From sequence record LR595863.1: a DNA stretch of 48,141 nt. One strand, given 5' to 3'. A program made the translations under genes and the position numbers. Position 1 is the first letter of the stretch. Each line of letters starts with the position of its first letter. This stretch comes from Escherichia virus Lambda_4B5. Below the pieces are notes generated by a model. It searched no databases. It worked only from the letters and a program-made list of their open reading frames with translations, and was not told where the DNA came from. Positions 25,732-34,404 of the stretch are shown here, one piece after another.

Positions 25732-26645
25732 TATTTCTCCCTTTTCCCAGCTTTAATTCCCTGTACCAGCGTACTGGTAGTAACCTTAAGAAGGTCGATA
25801 TACGTCGGTACCGGGCCGTTTTCTGTGCTCAGGGAATCGACATAGAGCACACCGCCGTAGTGTGCGCCGGTTTCACGCGCAACCTGACGCGCTGGTTTAT
25901 CGGAAATCGTACTCTCGCTAAAGACTGCCGGGATATGATTTTTCTTAACTATATCAACAACCTTACGTACCTGCTGCGGTGTTCCTTGTTGATCGGCATT
26001 AATCGGCCACAGATAAAGCTCTTTTAGCCCCAAATCGCGTGCGAGATAAGAAAAAGCCCCTTCACTGGTGACCATCCATCGCTGATTCTCAGGGAGTTCC
26101 GTAATCTGCTTACGCAGGGGGGCAAGGGTTTGGGTAATCTTGGCTTTATAAGTATCGGCATTGCGTTGGTAGGTTTGTGCATTTGCCGGATCGTATTTTA
26201 TCAACGCATCACGAATATTATCGACGTAAATCAGAGCATTATCTGGCGACATCCATGCATGGGGGTTAGGTTTGCCCTCATAGGGTCCTTCGGTGATCCC
26301 TACAGGCGTCACACCCGAAGAGACAATTACTTCTGGAACCCCATTGAGATGCTGGTAAAAGCGTTGGAACCACAATTCCAGATTCATACCATTGGCGAGA
26401 ATCAGTTGTGCCCCCTGCGCACGTTTAATATCGCCAGGGGTAGGCTGATACTCATGAATTTCTGCACCAGGCTTGGTTATGGATGAGACTTCTGCAGCAT
26501 CTCCCGCCACGTTTTTGGCCATATCCGCGATGATGGTAAATGTTGTAATGACCTTGAATTTTTCAGTTGCACTTGCCTGAAATGCGATCGAGCAGGTGAG
26601 TGCGAGCCCCCCCAAGAGCATGGTTACTTTTTTTATCGAGTGCAT
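25731..26645 (-). CDS. sitA: Periplasmic metal-binding protein (cluster A-I solute-binding protein)
   Basis: 304-aa protein with N-terminal signal peptide, His/Glu metal-ligand pattern of SitA/YfeA/MntC-type binding proteins. Confidence 0.88.
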   Translation of the reverse strand: MHSIKKVTMLLGGLALTCSIAFQASATEKFKVITTFTIIADMAKNVAGDAAEVSSITKPGAEIHEYQPTPGDIKRAQGAQLILANGMNLELWFQRFYQHLNGVPEVIVSSGVTPVGITEGPYEGKPNPHAWMSPDNALIYVDNIRDALIKYDPANAQTYQRNADTYKAKITQTLAPLRKQITELPENQRWMVTSEGAFSYLARDLGLKELYLWPINADQQGTPQQVRKVVDIVKKNHIPAVFSESTISDKPARQVARETGAHYGGVLYVDSLSTENGPVPTYIDLLKVTTSTLVQGIKAGKREK

Positions 26646-26677
26646 AATTTAGTACCTATAGTGAGCAAAATTAGAAC

Positions 26678-26699
26678 AAACATAGCAACGGCTATGTTT
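26678..26699 (-). promoter_or_regulatory. MntR box (Mn-responsive repressor site) in the sitA promoter
   Basis: Near-perfect palindrome AAACATAGC-AACG-GCTATGTTT about 35 bp upstream of sitA ATG, matching the E. coli MntR operator as I remember it from mntH. Confidence 0.7.
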
Positions 26700-26718
26700 T
26701 ATAGCACAGCCTATACAA

Positions 26719-26738
26719 AATGAAAATGATTATCATTA
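26719..26738 (-). promoter_or_regulatory. Fur box in the sitA promoter
   Basis: AAAATGAAAATGATTATCATTAG resembles the Fur consensus GATAATGATAATCATTATC. Confidence 0.65.
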
Positions 26739-27038
26739 GCAGCTTTGAGGCCCAAAACAGGGATTAGGTTGTTTCCTGCTGGCGACGCGTTATTGAGGAA
26801 AAAAGTAAGGCAGCTAGTAGGCTTTGAAATAACGTTTTGCGGTTGGCTGATGCAATTTCGAGAGTGCATGTATTGAATGATTTCTAGCCGTTACTGATTT
26901 TCGTATTTTTTGTATGGGAGGATTTGCACCTCCCCCCACCGAGCCTCCATGACTTTACTCCACTGTCTCTAGGGCTGCTGTGTGCCAGGAGCGGAAGCAG
27001 GGGGGGCCAGAGACTCCTTAAAAGTTGATAGCTCGTTT

Positions 27039-27136
27039 TGCAGGGAGACTTACACGGTAAGCGTTATTCCGAAGAGCTTAAAATTGAAGCAGTCAAACGG
27101 GTTGTTGAGCGTGTTTATGCGCTGCCATCTGATTAA
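27039..27136 (+). pseudogene. Remnant of an IS3-family transposase OrfA N-terminus
   Basis: Short frame translating ...GKRYSEELKIEAVKRVVERVYALPSD* resembles the conserved N-terminus of IS3-family OrfA proteins; truncated at both ends. Confidence 0.35.
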
Positions 27137-27332
27137 TCGACGGAAGCAGTTCCGTTTGGTCTATGATGCAGTTGTCCGGCAGGCGCTCTGTGACGCAAAA
27201 GAACGATAGGAGTAGCATTGAAGTGAACGAGGTTATGCTTGTCTTATATTATCCTCTATTTTAAAAACATCAGCTGGTTGTGTAAGAGTTTTTATTGTTT
27301 TATCTTGTTGACTTTGCTTTTATGAAAACAGA

Positions 27333-28103
27333 GTGATTGATACAATGAAAACCTTAAGTGGGAAAGAGTTTAGGAAATTATTTAATCGTTATGAGACAGG
27401 ATTCTATCTAAGTGAGTTTGAATACTTAAAGGACTTTGATCCTTTGTTTCCTGAATGCGTAGGGAAAGAATTAAAGTTGGGTTATAAACGAAAAGTTGAT
27501 GTATGGTGCGAAGAGGATGCTGCGCTATATGCAGAATTTATAGCTACAAAAGAAAGGCTGAAAAGAGGCCGGTTAATCCTAAAAATAAACCAAGTGTGGT
27601 CGCGTGTATATCCTGCTTATATTTATGCAATTGAAGAAAGAATAAATGTCAGGGCAAAGGGGAGAGAGTCATTTAAGTATGAAACTGTGCAAGAAAAACA
27701 ATGTAAACTTTCCATAATGTTAGATGGTCTGAAAGACCTTGAATGTGAAATAGCTATGATTTCAAGTGAGTTTGAAATTGAAAAACACTCTATGCACTAT
27801 TTTTATATGATTTTTGATATTGAACGCTATATAAATGACTGCAGTTACTTTGTTTTTTCTGCTGCTAAAGTTGTTAAAGGCGTGATTCAATGCATTGGTT
27901 ACATTGACAAAAATAACAAAGCAAGTTGCGATGAATTTTATTCAGGCAGCTATGAATGCTTGGATGATGATCAGGAAACACTGAACTATTTAAATGAATC
28001 ATGCGCAGAGGGTATAGACGCTGATAAAGATCTCATCAGGAAGAATGAGTTATTAGCCTTATCCCTGAAGGAATTGTATCAACTTCTCGTTTCAAAAAAA
28101 TAA
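27333..28103 (+). CDS. Hypothetical protein, AT-rich orphan
   Basis: 256-aa ORF in a markedly AT-rich segment between the sit operon and attP; no family recognised. Confidence 0.7.
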   Translation: MIDTMKTLSGKEFRKLFNRYETGFYLSEFEYLKDFDPLFPECVGKELKLGYKRKVDVWCEEDAALYAEFIATKERLKRGRLILKINQVWSRVYPAYIYAIEERINVRAKGRESFKYETVQEKQCKLSIMLDGLKDLECEIAMISSEFEIEKHSMHYFYMIFDIERYINDCSYFVFSAAKVVKGVIQCIGYIDKNNKASCDEFYSGSYECLDDDQETLNYLNESCAEGIDADKDLIRKNELLALSLKELYQLLVSKK

Positions 28104-28432
28104 CAAGTAATACGGCGAGCGATATGACGTGCCATGGGATATCCGCACCCAGCAGCATGTTGTCTCCACGATGTCCGCAGTTCGCTCATAATAGACATTC
28201 ACTACAGTTATAGTAGAAGGTATGCATGCTGCTGAGTGGGGAAAGTGTGAAAGAAAAGAAGACAGCTGCTTTGTTTGTCGTCACGTTTATCTTCATTGGC
28301 TATGCAAGTCGTAATACAAGGCGGGACAAAACTGAGACACATAAGGCCTCGCAATGGCTTGCAAGGCCACACATGTATTGAGATGTTAATAAAATGTAGA
28401 CTTGTAATTTTGATATAAATGGTAGAGAAAAT

Positions 28433-28445
28433 CTTTCCCCAAAAT
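28433..28445 (+). repeat. Putative integrase arm-type site (P arm copy)
   Basis: CTTTCCCCAAAAT, same motif as the triple repeat next to int. Confidence 0.45.
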
Positions 28446-28571
28446 AAAAACGAACGTCAATGAAATCAAACGGTTGAATAAAGTTGATTTTGGCTAATAC
28501 AAAGACAAGAAAATAATATTTATGATTAAATATCAGCGAGTTGAATACATAATTTTTATATACTGTTACGC

Positions 28572-28727
28572 CATATGGGCTGGACTGAAGCCGCAGACCT
28601 GATTGTTAAAGGTATGGAAGGCGCAATCAACGCCAAGACTGTAACCTATGACTTCGAACGTCTGATGGAAGGCGCTAAATTGCTGAAATGTAGCGAGTTT
28701 GGCGACGCGATCATCAAGAACATGTAA
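28572..28727 (+). pseudogene. icd: Phage-borne 3' fragment of isocitrate dehydrogenase gene (replacement icd end)
   Basis: Frame translates [51 protein letters not shown], the Icd C-terminus with two substitutions relative to the E. coli sequence I remember; homology stops abruptly upstream near 28563. Confidence 0.85.
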
Positions 28728-28750
28728 TCACTACATGTGTTAAATATTTA

Positions 28751-28779
28751 AACGGGCGTGTTATACGCCCGTTGTTTTA
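28751..28779 (+). terminator. Intrinsic terminator following the icd fragment
   Basis: AACGGGCGT-GTTAT-ACGCCCGTT hairpin followed by GTTTTAT. Confidence 0.7.
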
Positions 28780-28793
28780 TGATGATGTAAAAT

Positions 28794-28830
28794 CTTCCCC
28801 AAAACTTTCCCCAAAACCCTTCCCCAAAAC
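28794..28830 (+). repeat. Three tandem arm-type repeats (P' arm), CTTCCCCAAAAC x3
   Basis: CTTCCCCAAAAC / TTTCCCCAAAAC / CCTTCCCCAAAAC in direct tandem immediately downstream of int stop. Confidence 0.6.
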
Positions 28831-28840
28831 TGGCTATTTT

Positions 28841-29983
28841 CTATGCTGTTTTGATATCTACGATAACCCAGTCTTTACCACGATCATCATTGTATCGGTC
28901 GGTCATTTTTCTGGATTTATGGCCTAACAACTTTTGCGTATCCAGACCCTGTTCCCGATATAACCGTTCTGACAGAGATCGCTGCTCATGAAATGTGGGC
29001 GCAGTTCCTTGCTCCCATTTTATGCCACATTTTTCCCTGGCCTTTTTAAAAGCCGTTGTCAGAGTATTTGCAGAAACCTGGTCTCCTCTGTTTGCTTGAG
29101 AGGTAGTGTGACGGTAATGGACCAGATATTTACTAACAACAGCATCCCTGCACTGAGATATAACTTCACGAAGGGTAATATTCAGAGCATCGCATTTCAG
29201 GTTAAGCGGAATAGCAAGTTTTGAACCGGTTTTTTCCTGAGTAATGTGCAACATGTCGTCCCAGATATCAGAGAATTTCAAATTGCAGATATCACCTAAA
29301 CGTTGTCCAGTAACAAGAGCAAGTAGCATGCCGCATTTTAAATAGGGCTGCCGTCTGCTTACGCTTTCAAATATTGCCTGCCATTCGGGCAGTGACAATC
29401 TTTGGCGGTTTACTCGATTTCGCGGTTGTTTTGTTGCCTGCGCTGGGTTAAATCCTGGCGGAACATGTCCTGCGTGTTGTGCTTCTTTGAAGACGTCGAT
29501 CAACACCATTCTCACGACTTGCGCCATCCTGTTATGACCTTCAGCCTTTACAGCATCAATTATTTCGGCAATATCAAGTGCGGTAATATCCTTGAGGTGT
29601 TGCATTCCACAATGCTCACGGAAAAGACGAATGGGTTTGCCTTTTTGCCGATAGGAGTTGGGTCTTAGTTCATTATGTTGCAGCCTGTCCTCCTGGATAG
29701 AAATATATTTATCAAGCCATTCTGTCACCGTAATTTCTGAGCGCCTGCCTTTCATTCTTTCCAGACGCTCATTGACGCTTAATATTTGTCGGGTACGTTG
29801 TTCAGCAATAATGGTATTTGCTTCAGTAGCAACTTGTTTTGCTTCATTCTCATCAGTTCCTAAGCTATGAAAACGACCGGATAGTGGATGTTTGTATTGC
29901 CAATATACCTTTCCGGTTCGCTTATCTAATTTGCAATATAAATTGGGTATAGAGATTTTGTGAGATCGGGGTCTAGCAGCCAT
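28841..29983 (-). CDS. int: Tyrosine integrase (lambda family, icd-targeting type)
   Basis: 380-aa ORF with C-terminal catalytic region (R...HxxR...Y pattern: LGHKSRKMTDRY), adjacent to attP and xis. Confidence 0.9.
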   Translation of the reverse strand: MAARPRSHKISIPNLYCKLDKRTGKVYWQYKHPLSGRFHSLGTDENEAKQVATEANTIIAEQRTRQILSVNERLERMKGRRSEITVTEWLDKYISIQEDRLQHNELRPNSYRQKGKPIRLFREHCGMQHLKDITALDIAEIIDAVKAEGHNRMAQVVRMVLIDVFKEAQHAGHVPPGFNPAQATKQPRNRVNRQRLSLPEWQAIFESVSRRQPYLKCGMLLALVTGQRLGDICNLKFSDIWDDMLHITQEKTGSKLAIPLNLKCDALNITLREVISQCRDAVVSKYLVHYRHTTSQANRGDQVSANTLTTAFKKAREKCGIKWEQGTAPTFHEQRSLSERLYREQGLDTQKLLGHKSRKMTDRYNDDRGKDWVIVDIKTA

Positions 29984-30209
29984 CAGCGATTATCCGTTGG
30001 AGTTTTGGGTTTGCGTTTATTGGGAGTTGCGGTTCTGCAAGCGTTCCTACAAAACGGGAATTTCGGTCAATCATCCAGTAGCGACCAACTTTTATAGCGG
30101 GTGGGGCCATCATTTTCCCTTGCGCGTATTTTTTCAGAACTCGCTCACTTGGTGCTAAGTCCCCAAATTCTTCTTTAGCCCAGTCCTGTAAAGTGATTAG
30201 TCGAGACAT
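29973..30209 (-). CDS. xis: Excisionase
   Basis: 78-aa ORF overlapping int start, MSRLITLQDWAKEE... with winged-helix-like region similar to lambda Xis. Confidence 0.8.
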   Translation of the reverse strand: MSRLITLQDWAKEEFGDLAPSERVLKKYAQGKMMAPPAIKVGRYWMIDRNSRFVGTLAEPQLPINANPKLQRIIADGC

Positions 30210-30348
30210 TTGTCCTCCTCTTAGCTGCTGAGGGAGTTTGTGACCGATATATCTGACATGATATTAAGCTCATGGCAGGTACATCTCTTGACTGGTCATA
30301 GAGATAAATTTAATGCTGAGAAATGCAGTATTGAATTTATCAATTTTT

Positions 30349-30588
30349 CTATTTCCTGCGTATGGCACGTAACTTCTTAATGTGTTCTGCCGTTTCGATC
30401 TCTTCTGCTATCCGATCTGCATCAGCTTTATTCACAGGTTCAAAGTCATGATTAAAGCGGAACATGCTGGCGATACATGTTCTGCCTTTTCGGATGTAGT
30501 GAACTTTGTTGTAGGTAGAACGCAGGATTTTGCAGGGAGTGCCGTGGTGGTCGACGTACCAGGTGTTAGGAAAAATGATTCTGAGCAT
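30349..30588 (-). CDS. Hypothetical protein
   Basis: 79-aa ORF in early-left accessory region. Confidence 0.5.
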   Translation of the reverse strand: MLRIIFPNTWYVDHHGTPCKILRSTYNKVHYIRKGRTCIASMFRFNHDFEPVNKADADRIAEEIETAEHIKKLRAIRRK

Positions 30589-30635
30589 TTTTACACCTCA
30601 GTTGGACGATGTTGAAATTTGCTGCTTTGAGGCCA

Positions 30636-30854
30636 TCACAATCCCCATTGTTTGTTCTTAAGTTCGATCTCCTCCTGGCAACTTGCACAAGTCCGACAAC
30701 CCTGAACGACCAGGCGTCTTCGCTCATCTATCGGATCGCCACACTCACAACAATGAGTGGCAGATACAGTCTGGTAGTTCAGACGACGCATTTTTATTGC
30801 TGTATTGCGCTGTAATTCTTCGATTTCTGATGCTGAATCAATGATGTCTGCCAT
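30636..30854 (-). CDS. TraR/DksA-family C4 zinc-finger protein
   Basis: 72-aa protein with CxxC...CxxC (CCECGDPID...CRTCASCQ). Confidence 0.7.
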   Translation of the reverse strand: MADIIDSASEIEELQRNTAIKMRRLNYQTVSATHCCECGDPIDERRRLVVQGCRTCASCQEEIELKNKQWGL

Positions 30855-30952
30855 CTTCCATTAATCCCTGAATTGTTGGTTAATACGCTTGAGGGTGAAT
30901 GCGAATAATAAAAAAGGAGCCTGTAGCTCCCTGATGATTTTGCTTTTCATGT

Positions 30953-31252
30953 TCATCGCTCCTTAAAGACGCCGTTTAACATGCCGATCGCCAGGCTTAA
31001 ATGAGTCGGTGTGAATCCCATCAGCGTTACCGTTTCGCGGTGCTTCTTCAGTACGCTACGGCAAATGTCATCGACGTTTTTATCCGGAAACTGCTGTCTG
31101 GCTTTTTTGATTTCAGAGTTAGCTTGACGGGCAATGCTGCGAAGGGCGTTTTTCTGCTGAGGTGTCACTGAACAAGCCCCATGCCGGAAAGCATAAGCAC
31201 ACAGAATATGAAGCCCGCCGCCAGAAAAATGCATTCTGTTGTTGTCATGCAA
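30953..31252 (-). CDS. Hypothetical protein
   Basis: 99-aa ORF, co-oriented with early-left operon. Confidence 0.5.
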   Translation of the reverse strand: MHDNNRMHFSGGGLHILCAYAFRHGACSVTPQQKNALRSIARQANSEIKKARQQFPDKNVDDICRSVLKKHRETVTLMGFTPTHLSLAIGMLNGVFKER

Positions 31253-31436
31253 GCTCTCTCTCGTTTGCCTCTGCTTTCGCCGCCATCATTTCCAGCTTTT
31301 GTGAAAGGGATGCGGCTAACGTATGAAATTCTTCGTCTGTTTCTGCTGGTATTGGCACAAACCTGACTCCAATTTGAGCAAGGCTATGTGCCATCTCAAT
31401 GCTCGTTCTTAACTCAACAGGAGATGCTTTGTGCAT
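31245..31436 (-). CDS. Hypothetical protein
   Basis: 63-aa ORF overlapping the downstream gene start. Confidence 0.45.
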   Translation of the reverse strand: MHKASPVELRTSIEMAHSLAQIGVRFVPIPAETDEEFHTLAASLSQKLEMMAAKAEANERELA

Positions 31437-31587
31437 ACAGCCCCTCGTTTATTATTTATCTCCTCAGCCAGCCGCTGGGCTTTCAGTGGATTTTGGATAA
31501 CAGAAAGGCCGGGAAATACCCAGCCTCGCTTTGTAACGGAGTAGACGAAAGTGATCGCGCCTACCCGGATATTATCGTGAGGATGCG

Positions 31588-32268
31588 TCATCGCCATTGC
31601 TCCCCAAATACAAAACCAATTTCAGCCAGTGCCTCGTCCATTTTTTCGATGAACTCCGGCACCATCTCGTCAAAACTCGCCATGTACTTTTCATCCCGCT
31701 CAACCACGACATAATGCAGTCCTTCACGCTTCATACGCGGGTCATAGTTGGCAAAGTACCAGGCATCTTTTCGTGTCACCCACATGCTGTACTGCACCTG
31801 GGCCATGTAAGCCGACTTTATGGCCTCGAAACCACCGAGCCGGAACTTCATGAAATCCCGGGAGGTAAACGGGCATTTCAGCTCAAGGCCATTGCCGTCA
31901 CTGCATAAACCATCGGGAGAGCAGGCGGTGCGCATACTTTCGTCGCGATAGATGATCGGGGATTCAGTAACATTCACGCCGGAAGTGAATTCAAACAGAG
32001 TTCTGGCGTCGTTCTCGTACTGTTTTCCCCAGGCCAGCGCCTTAGCATTAACTTCCGGAGCCACACCGGTGCAAACCTCAGCCAGCAGGGTGTGGAAGTA
32101 GGACATTTTCATGTCAGGCCACTTCTTTCCTGAGCGGGGCTTTGCTATCACGTTGTGAACTTGTGAAGCGGTGATGACGCCGAGCCGTAATTTGTGCCAC
32201 GCATCATCTCCCTGCTCGATAGCTCTCACGTCGATCCCGGTACGCTGCAGGATAATGTCCGGTGTCAT
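31588..32268 (-). CDS. exo: Lambda exonuclease (Red alpha)
   Basis: [35 protein letters not shown]... matches remembered lambda Exo, 226 aa. Confidence 0.95.
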   Translation of the reverse strand: MTPDIILQRTGIDVRAIEQGDDAWHKLRLGVITASQVHNVIAKPRSGKKWPDMKMSYFHTLLAEVCTGVAPEVNAKALAWGKQYENDARTLFEFTSGVNVTESPIIYRDESMRTACSPDGLCSDGNGLELKCPFTSRDFMKFRLGGFEAIKSAYMAQVQYSMWVTRKDAWYFANYDPRMKREGLHYVVVERDEKYMASFDEMVPEFIEKMDEALAEIGFVFGEQWR

Positions 32269-33050
32269 GCTGCCACCTTCTGTTCAGTGGCTTTTTGTTT
32301 CAGGAATCCAAGAGCTTTCACTGCTTCGTCCTGTGTCAGTTCTGACGATGCACGAATGTCGCGGCGAAATATCTGGGAACAGAGCGGCAATAAGTCGTCA
32401 TCCCATGTTTTATCCAGGGCGATCAGCAGAGTGTTAATCTCCTGCATGGTTTCATCGTTAACCGGAGTGATGTCGCGTTCCGGCTGACGTTCTGCAGTGT
32501 ATGCGGTATTTTCGACAATGCGCTCGGCTTCATCCTTGTCATAGATACCAGCAAATCCGAAGGCGAGACGGGCACACTGAATCATGGCTTTATGCCGTAA
32601 CATCCGTTTGGGATGCGACTGCCACGGCCCCGTGATTTCTCTGCCTTCGCGAGTTTTGAATGGTTCGCGGCGGCATTCATCCATCCATTCGGTAACGCAG
32701 ATCGGATGATTACGGTCCTTGCGGTAAATCCGGCATGTACAGGATTCATTGTCCTGCTCAAAGTCCATGCCATCAAACTGCTGGTTTTCATTGATGATGC
32801 GGGACCAGCCATCAACGCCCACCACCGGAACGATGCCGTTCTGCTTATCAGGGAAGGCGTAAATTTCTTTCGTCCACGGATTAAGGCCGTACTGGTTGGC
32901 GACGATCAACAATGCGATGAACTGCGCATCGCTGGCATCACCTTTAAATGCCGTCTGGCGAAGAGTGGTGATCAGTTCCTGTGGGTCGACAGAATCCATG
33001 CCGACACGTTCAGCCAGCTTCCCTGCCAGCGTTGCGAGTGCTGTACTCAT
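32265..33050 (-). CDS. bet: Single-strand annealing recombinase (Red beta)
   Basis: 261-aa [40 protein letters not shown] matches lambda Bet. Confidence 0.95.
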   Translation of the reverse strand: MSTALATLAGKLAERVGMDSVDPQELITTLRQTAFKGDASDAQFIALLIVANQYGLNPWTKEIYAFPDKQNGIVPVVGVDGWSRIINENQQFDGMDFEQDNESCTCRIYRKDRNHPICVTEWMDECRREPFKTREGREITGPWQSHPKRMLRHKAMIQCARLAFGFAGIYDKDEAERIVENTAYTAERQPERDITPVNDETMQEINTLLIALDKTWDDDLLPLCSQIFRRDIRASSELTQDEAVKALGFLKQKATEQKVAA

Positions 33051-33055
33051 CCGTT

Positions 33056-33472
33056 TTATACCTCTGAATCAATATCAACCTGGTGGTGAGCAATGGTTTC
33101 AACCATGTACCGGATGTGTTCTGCCATGCGCTCCTGAAACTCAACATCGTCATCAAACGCACGGGTAATGGCTTTTTTGCTGGCCCCGTGGCGTTGCAAA
33201 TGATCGATGCATAGCGATTCAAACAGGTGCTGGGGCAGGCCTTTTTCCATGTCGTCTGCCAGTTCTGCCTCTTTCTCTTCACGGGCGATCTGCTGGTAGT
33301 GACGCGCCCAGCTCTGAGCCTCAAGACGATCCTGAATGTAATAAGCGTTCATGGCTGAACTCCTGAAATAGCTGTGAAAATATCGCCCGCGAAATGCCGG
33401 GCTGATTAGGAAAACAGGAAAGGGGGTTAGTGAATGCTTTTGCTTGATCTCAGTTTCAGTATTAATATCCAT
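33056..33472 (-). CDS. gam: RecBCD inhibitor Gam
   Basis: 138-aa [39 protein letters not shown] matches lambda Gam. Confidence 0.93.
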   Translation of the reverse strand: MDINTETEIKQKHSLTPFPVFLISPAFRGRYFHSYFRSSAMNAYYIQDRLEAQSWARHYQQIAREEKEAELADDMEKGLPQHLFESLCIDHLQRHGASKKAITRAFDDDVEFQERMAEHIRYMVETIAHHQVDIDSEV

Positions 33473-33570
33473 TTTTTATAAGCGTCGACGGCCTCACGAA
33501 ACATCTTTTCATCGCCAATAAAAGTGGCGATAGTGAATTTAGTCTGGATAGCCATAAGTGTTTGATCCAT
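33427..33570 (-). CDS. kil: Host-killing protein Kil (FtsZ inhibitor)
   Basis: 47-aa product [47 protein letters not shown], internal start of the tool ORF. Confidence 0.85.
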   Translation of the reverse strand: MDQTLMAIQTKFTIATFIGDEKMFREAVDAYKKWILILKLRSSKSIH

Positions 33571-33703
33571 TTTTTGGGACTCCTGGCTGATTAAGTATGT
33601 CGATAAGGCGTTTCCATCCGTCACGTAATTTACGGGTGATTCGTTCAAGTAAAGATTCGGAAGGGCAGCCAGCAACAGGCCACCCTGCAATGGCATATTG
33701 CAT
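33539..33703 (-). CDS. cIII: CIII (FtsH/HflB inhibitor stabilising CII)
   Basis: Reverse complement reads ATGCAATATGCCATTGCAGGGTGGCCTGTTGCTGGCTGCCC..., matching lambda cIII DNA as remembered; 54 codons, below the ORF-track threshold. Confidence 0.8.
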   Translation of the reverse strand: MQYAIAGWPVAGCPSESLLERITRKLRDGWKRLIDILNQPGVPKNGSNTYGYPD

Positions 33704-33775
33704 GGTGTGCTCCTTATTTATACATAACGAAAAACGCCTCGAGTGAAGCGTTATTGGTATGCGGTAACGCCGCGC

Positions 33776-34144
33776 TCAGGCGGCTTTGATAGTCATATCA
33801 TCTGAATCAAATATTCCTGATGTATCGATATCGGTAATTCTTATTCCTTCGCTACCATCCATTGGAGGCCATCCTTCCTGACCATTTCCATCATTCCAGT
33901 CGAACTCACACACAACACCATATGCATTTAAGTCGCTTGAAATTGCTATAAGCAGAGCATGTTGCGCCAGCATGATTAATACAGCATTTAATACAGAGCC
34001 GTGTTTATTGAGTCGGTATTCAGAGTCTGACCAGAAATTATTAATCTGGTGAAGTTTTTCCTCTGTCATTACGTCATGGTCGATTTCAATTTCTATTGAT
34101 GCTTTCCAGTCGTAATCAATGATGTATTTTTTGATGTTTGACAT
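33776..34144 (-). CDS. ea10: Ea10 (early-left accessory protein)
   Basis: 122-aa ORF MSNIKKYIIDYDWKASIEIEIDHDVMTEEK matches remembered lambda Ea10. Confidence 0.85.
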   Translation of the reverse strand: MSNIKKYIIDYDWKASIEIEIDHDVMTEEKLHQINNFWSDSEYRLNKHGSVLNAVLIMLAQHALLIAISSDLNAYGVVCEFDWNDGNGQEGWPPMDGSEGIRITDIDTSGIFDSDDMTIKAA

Positions 34145-34162
34145 CTATTCATATCCTCACAG

Positions 34163-34190
34163 ATAAAAAATCGCCCTCACATTGGAGGGC
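34163..34190 (-). terminator. Intrinsic terminator in leftward operon (tL-like)
   Basis: On the - strand GCCCTC-CAATGT-GAGGGC followed by GATTTTTTAT. Confidence 0.65.
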
Positions 34191-34404
34191 AAAGAAGATT
34201 TCCAATAATCAGAACAAGTCGGCTCCTGTTTAGTTACGAGCGACATTGCTCAGTGTATTCACTCGTTGGAATGAATACACAGTGCAGTGTTTATTAGTAT
34301 GCCTGTCTTTTAACCACATCAGGCTCGGTGGTTCTCGTGTACCCCTACAGCGAGAAATCGGATAAACTCTATTCACCCCTACAGAGAGCAAAAGAGAAAC
34401 GCCG

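Larger units (their letters stand above)
28420..28840. other. attP: attP region: arm-type sites flanking an icd-homologous core
   Basis: Lies directly 3' of int; contains an icd 3' fragment and TTCCCCAAAAC repeats on both sides. Confidence 0.7.

Noticed and set aside
26982-27209. 75-aa ORF in the sit-orphan intergenic region
   Set aside because: Overlaps the IS3-family transposase fragment in a different frame; most likely a chance ORF in decayed IS sequence
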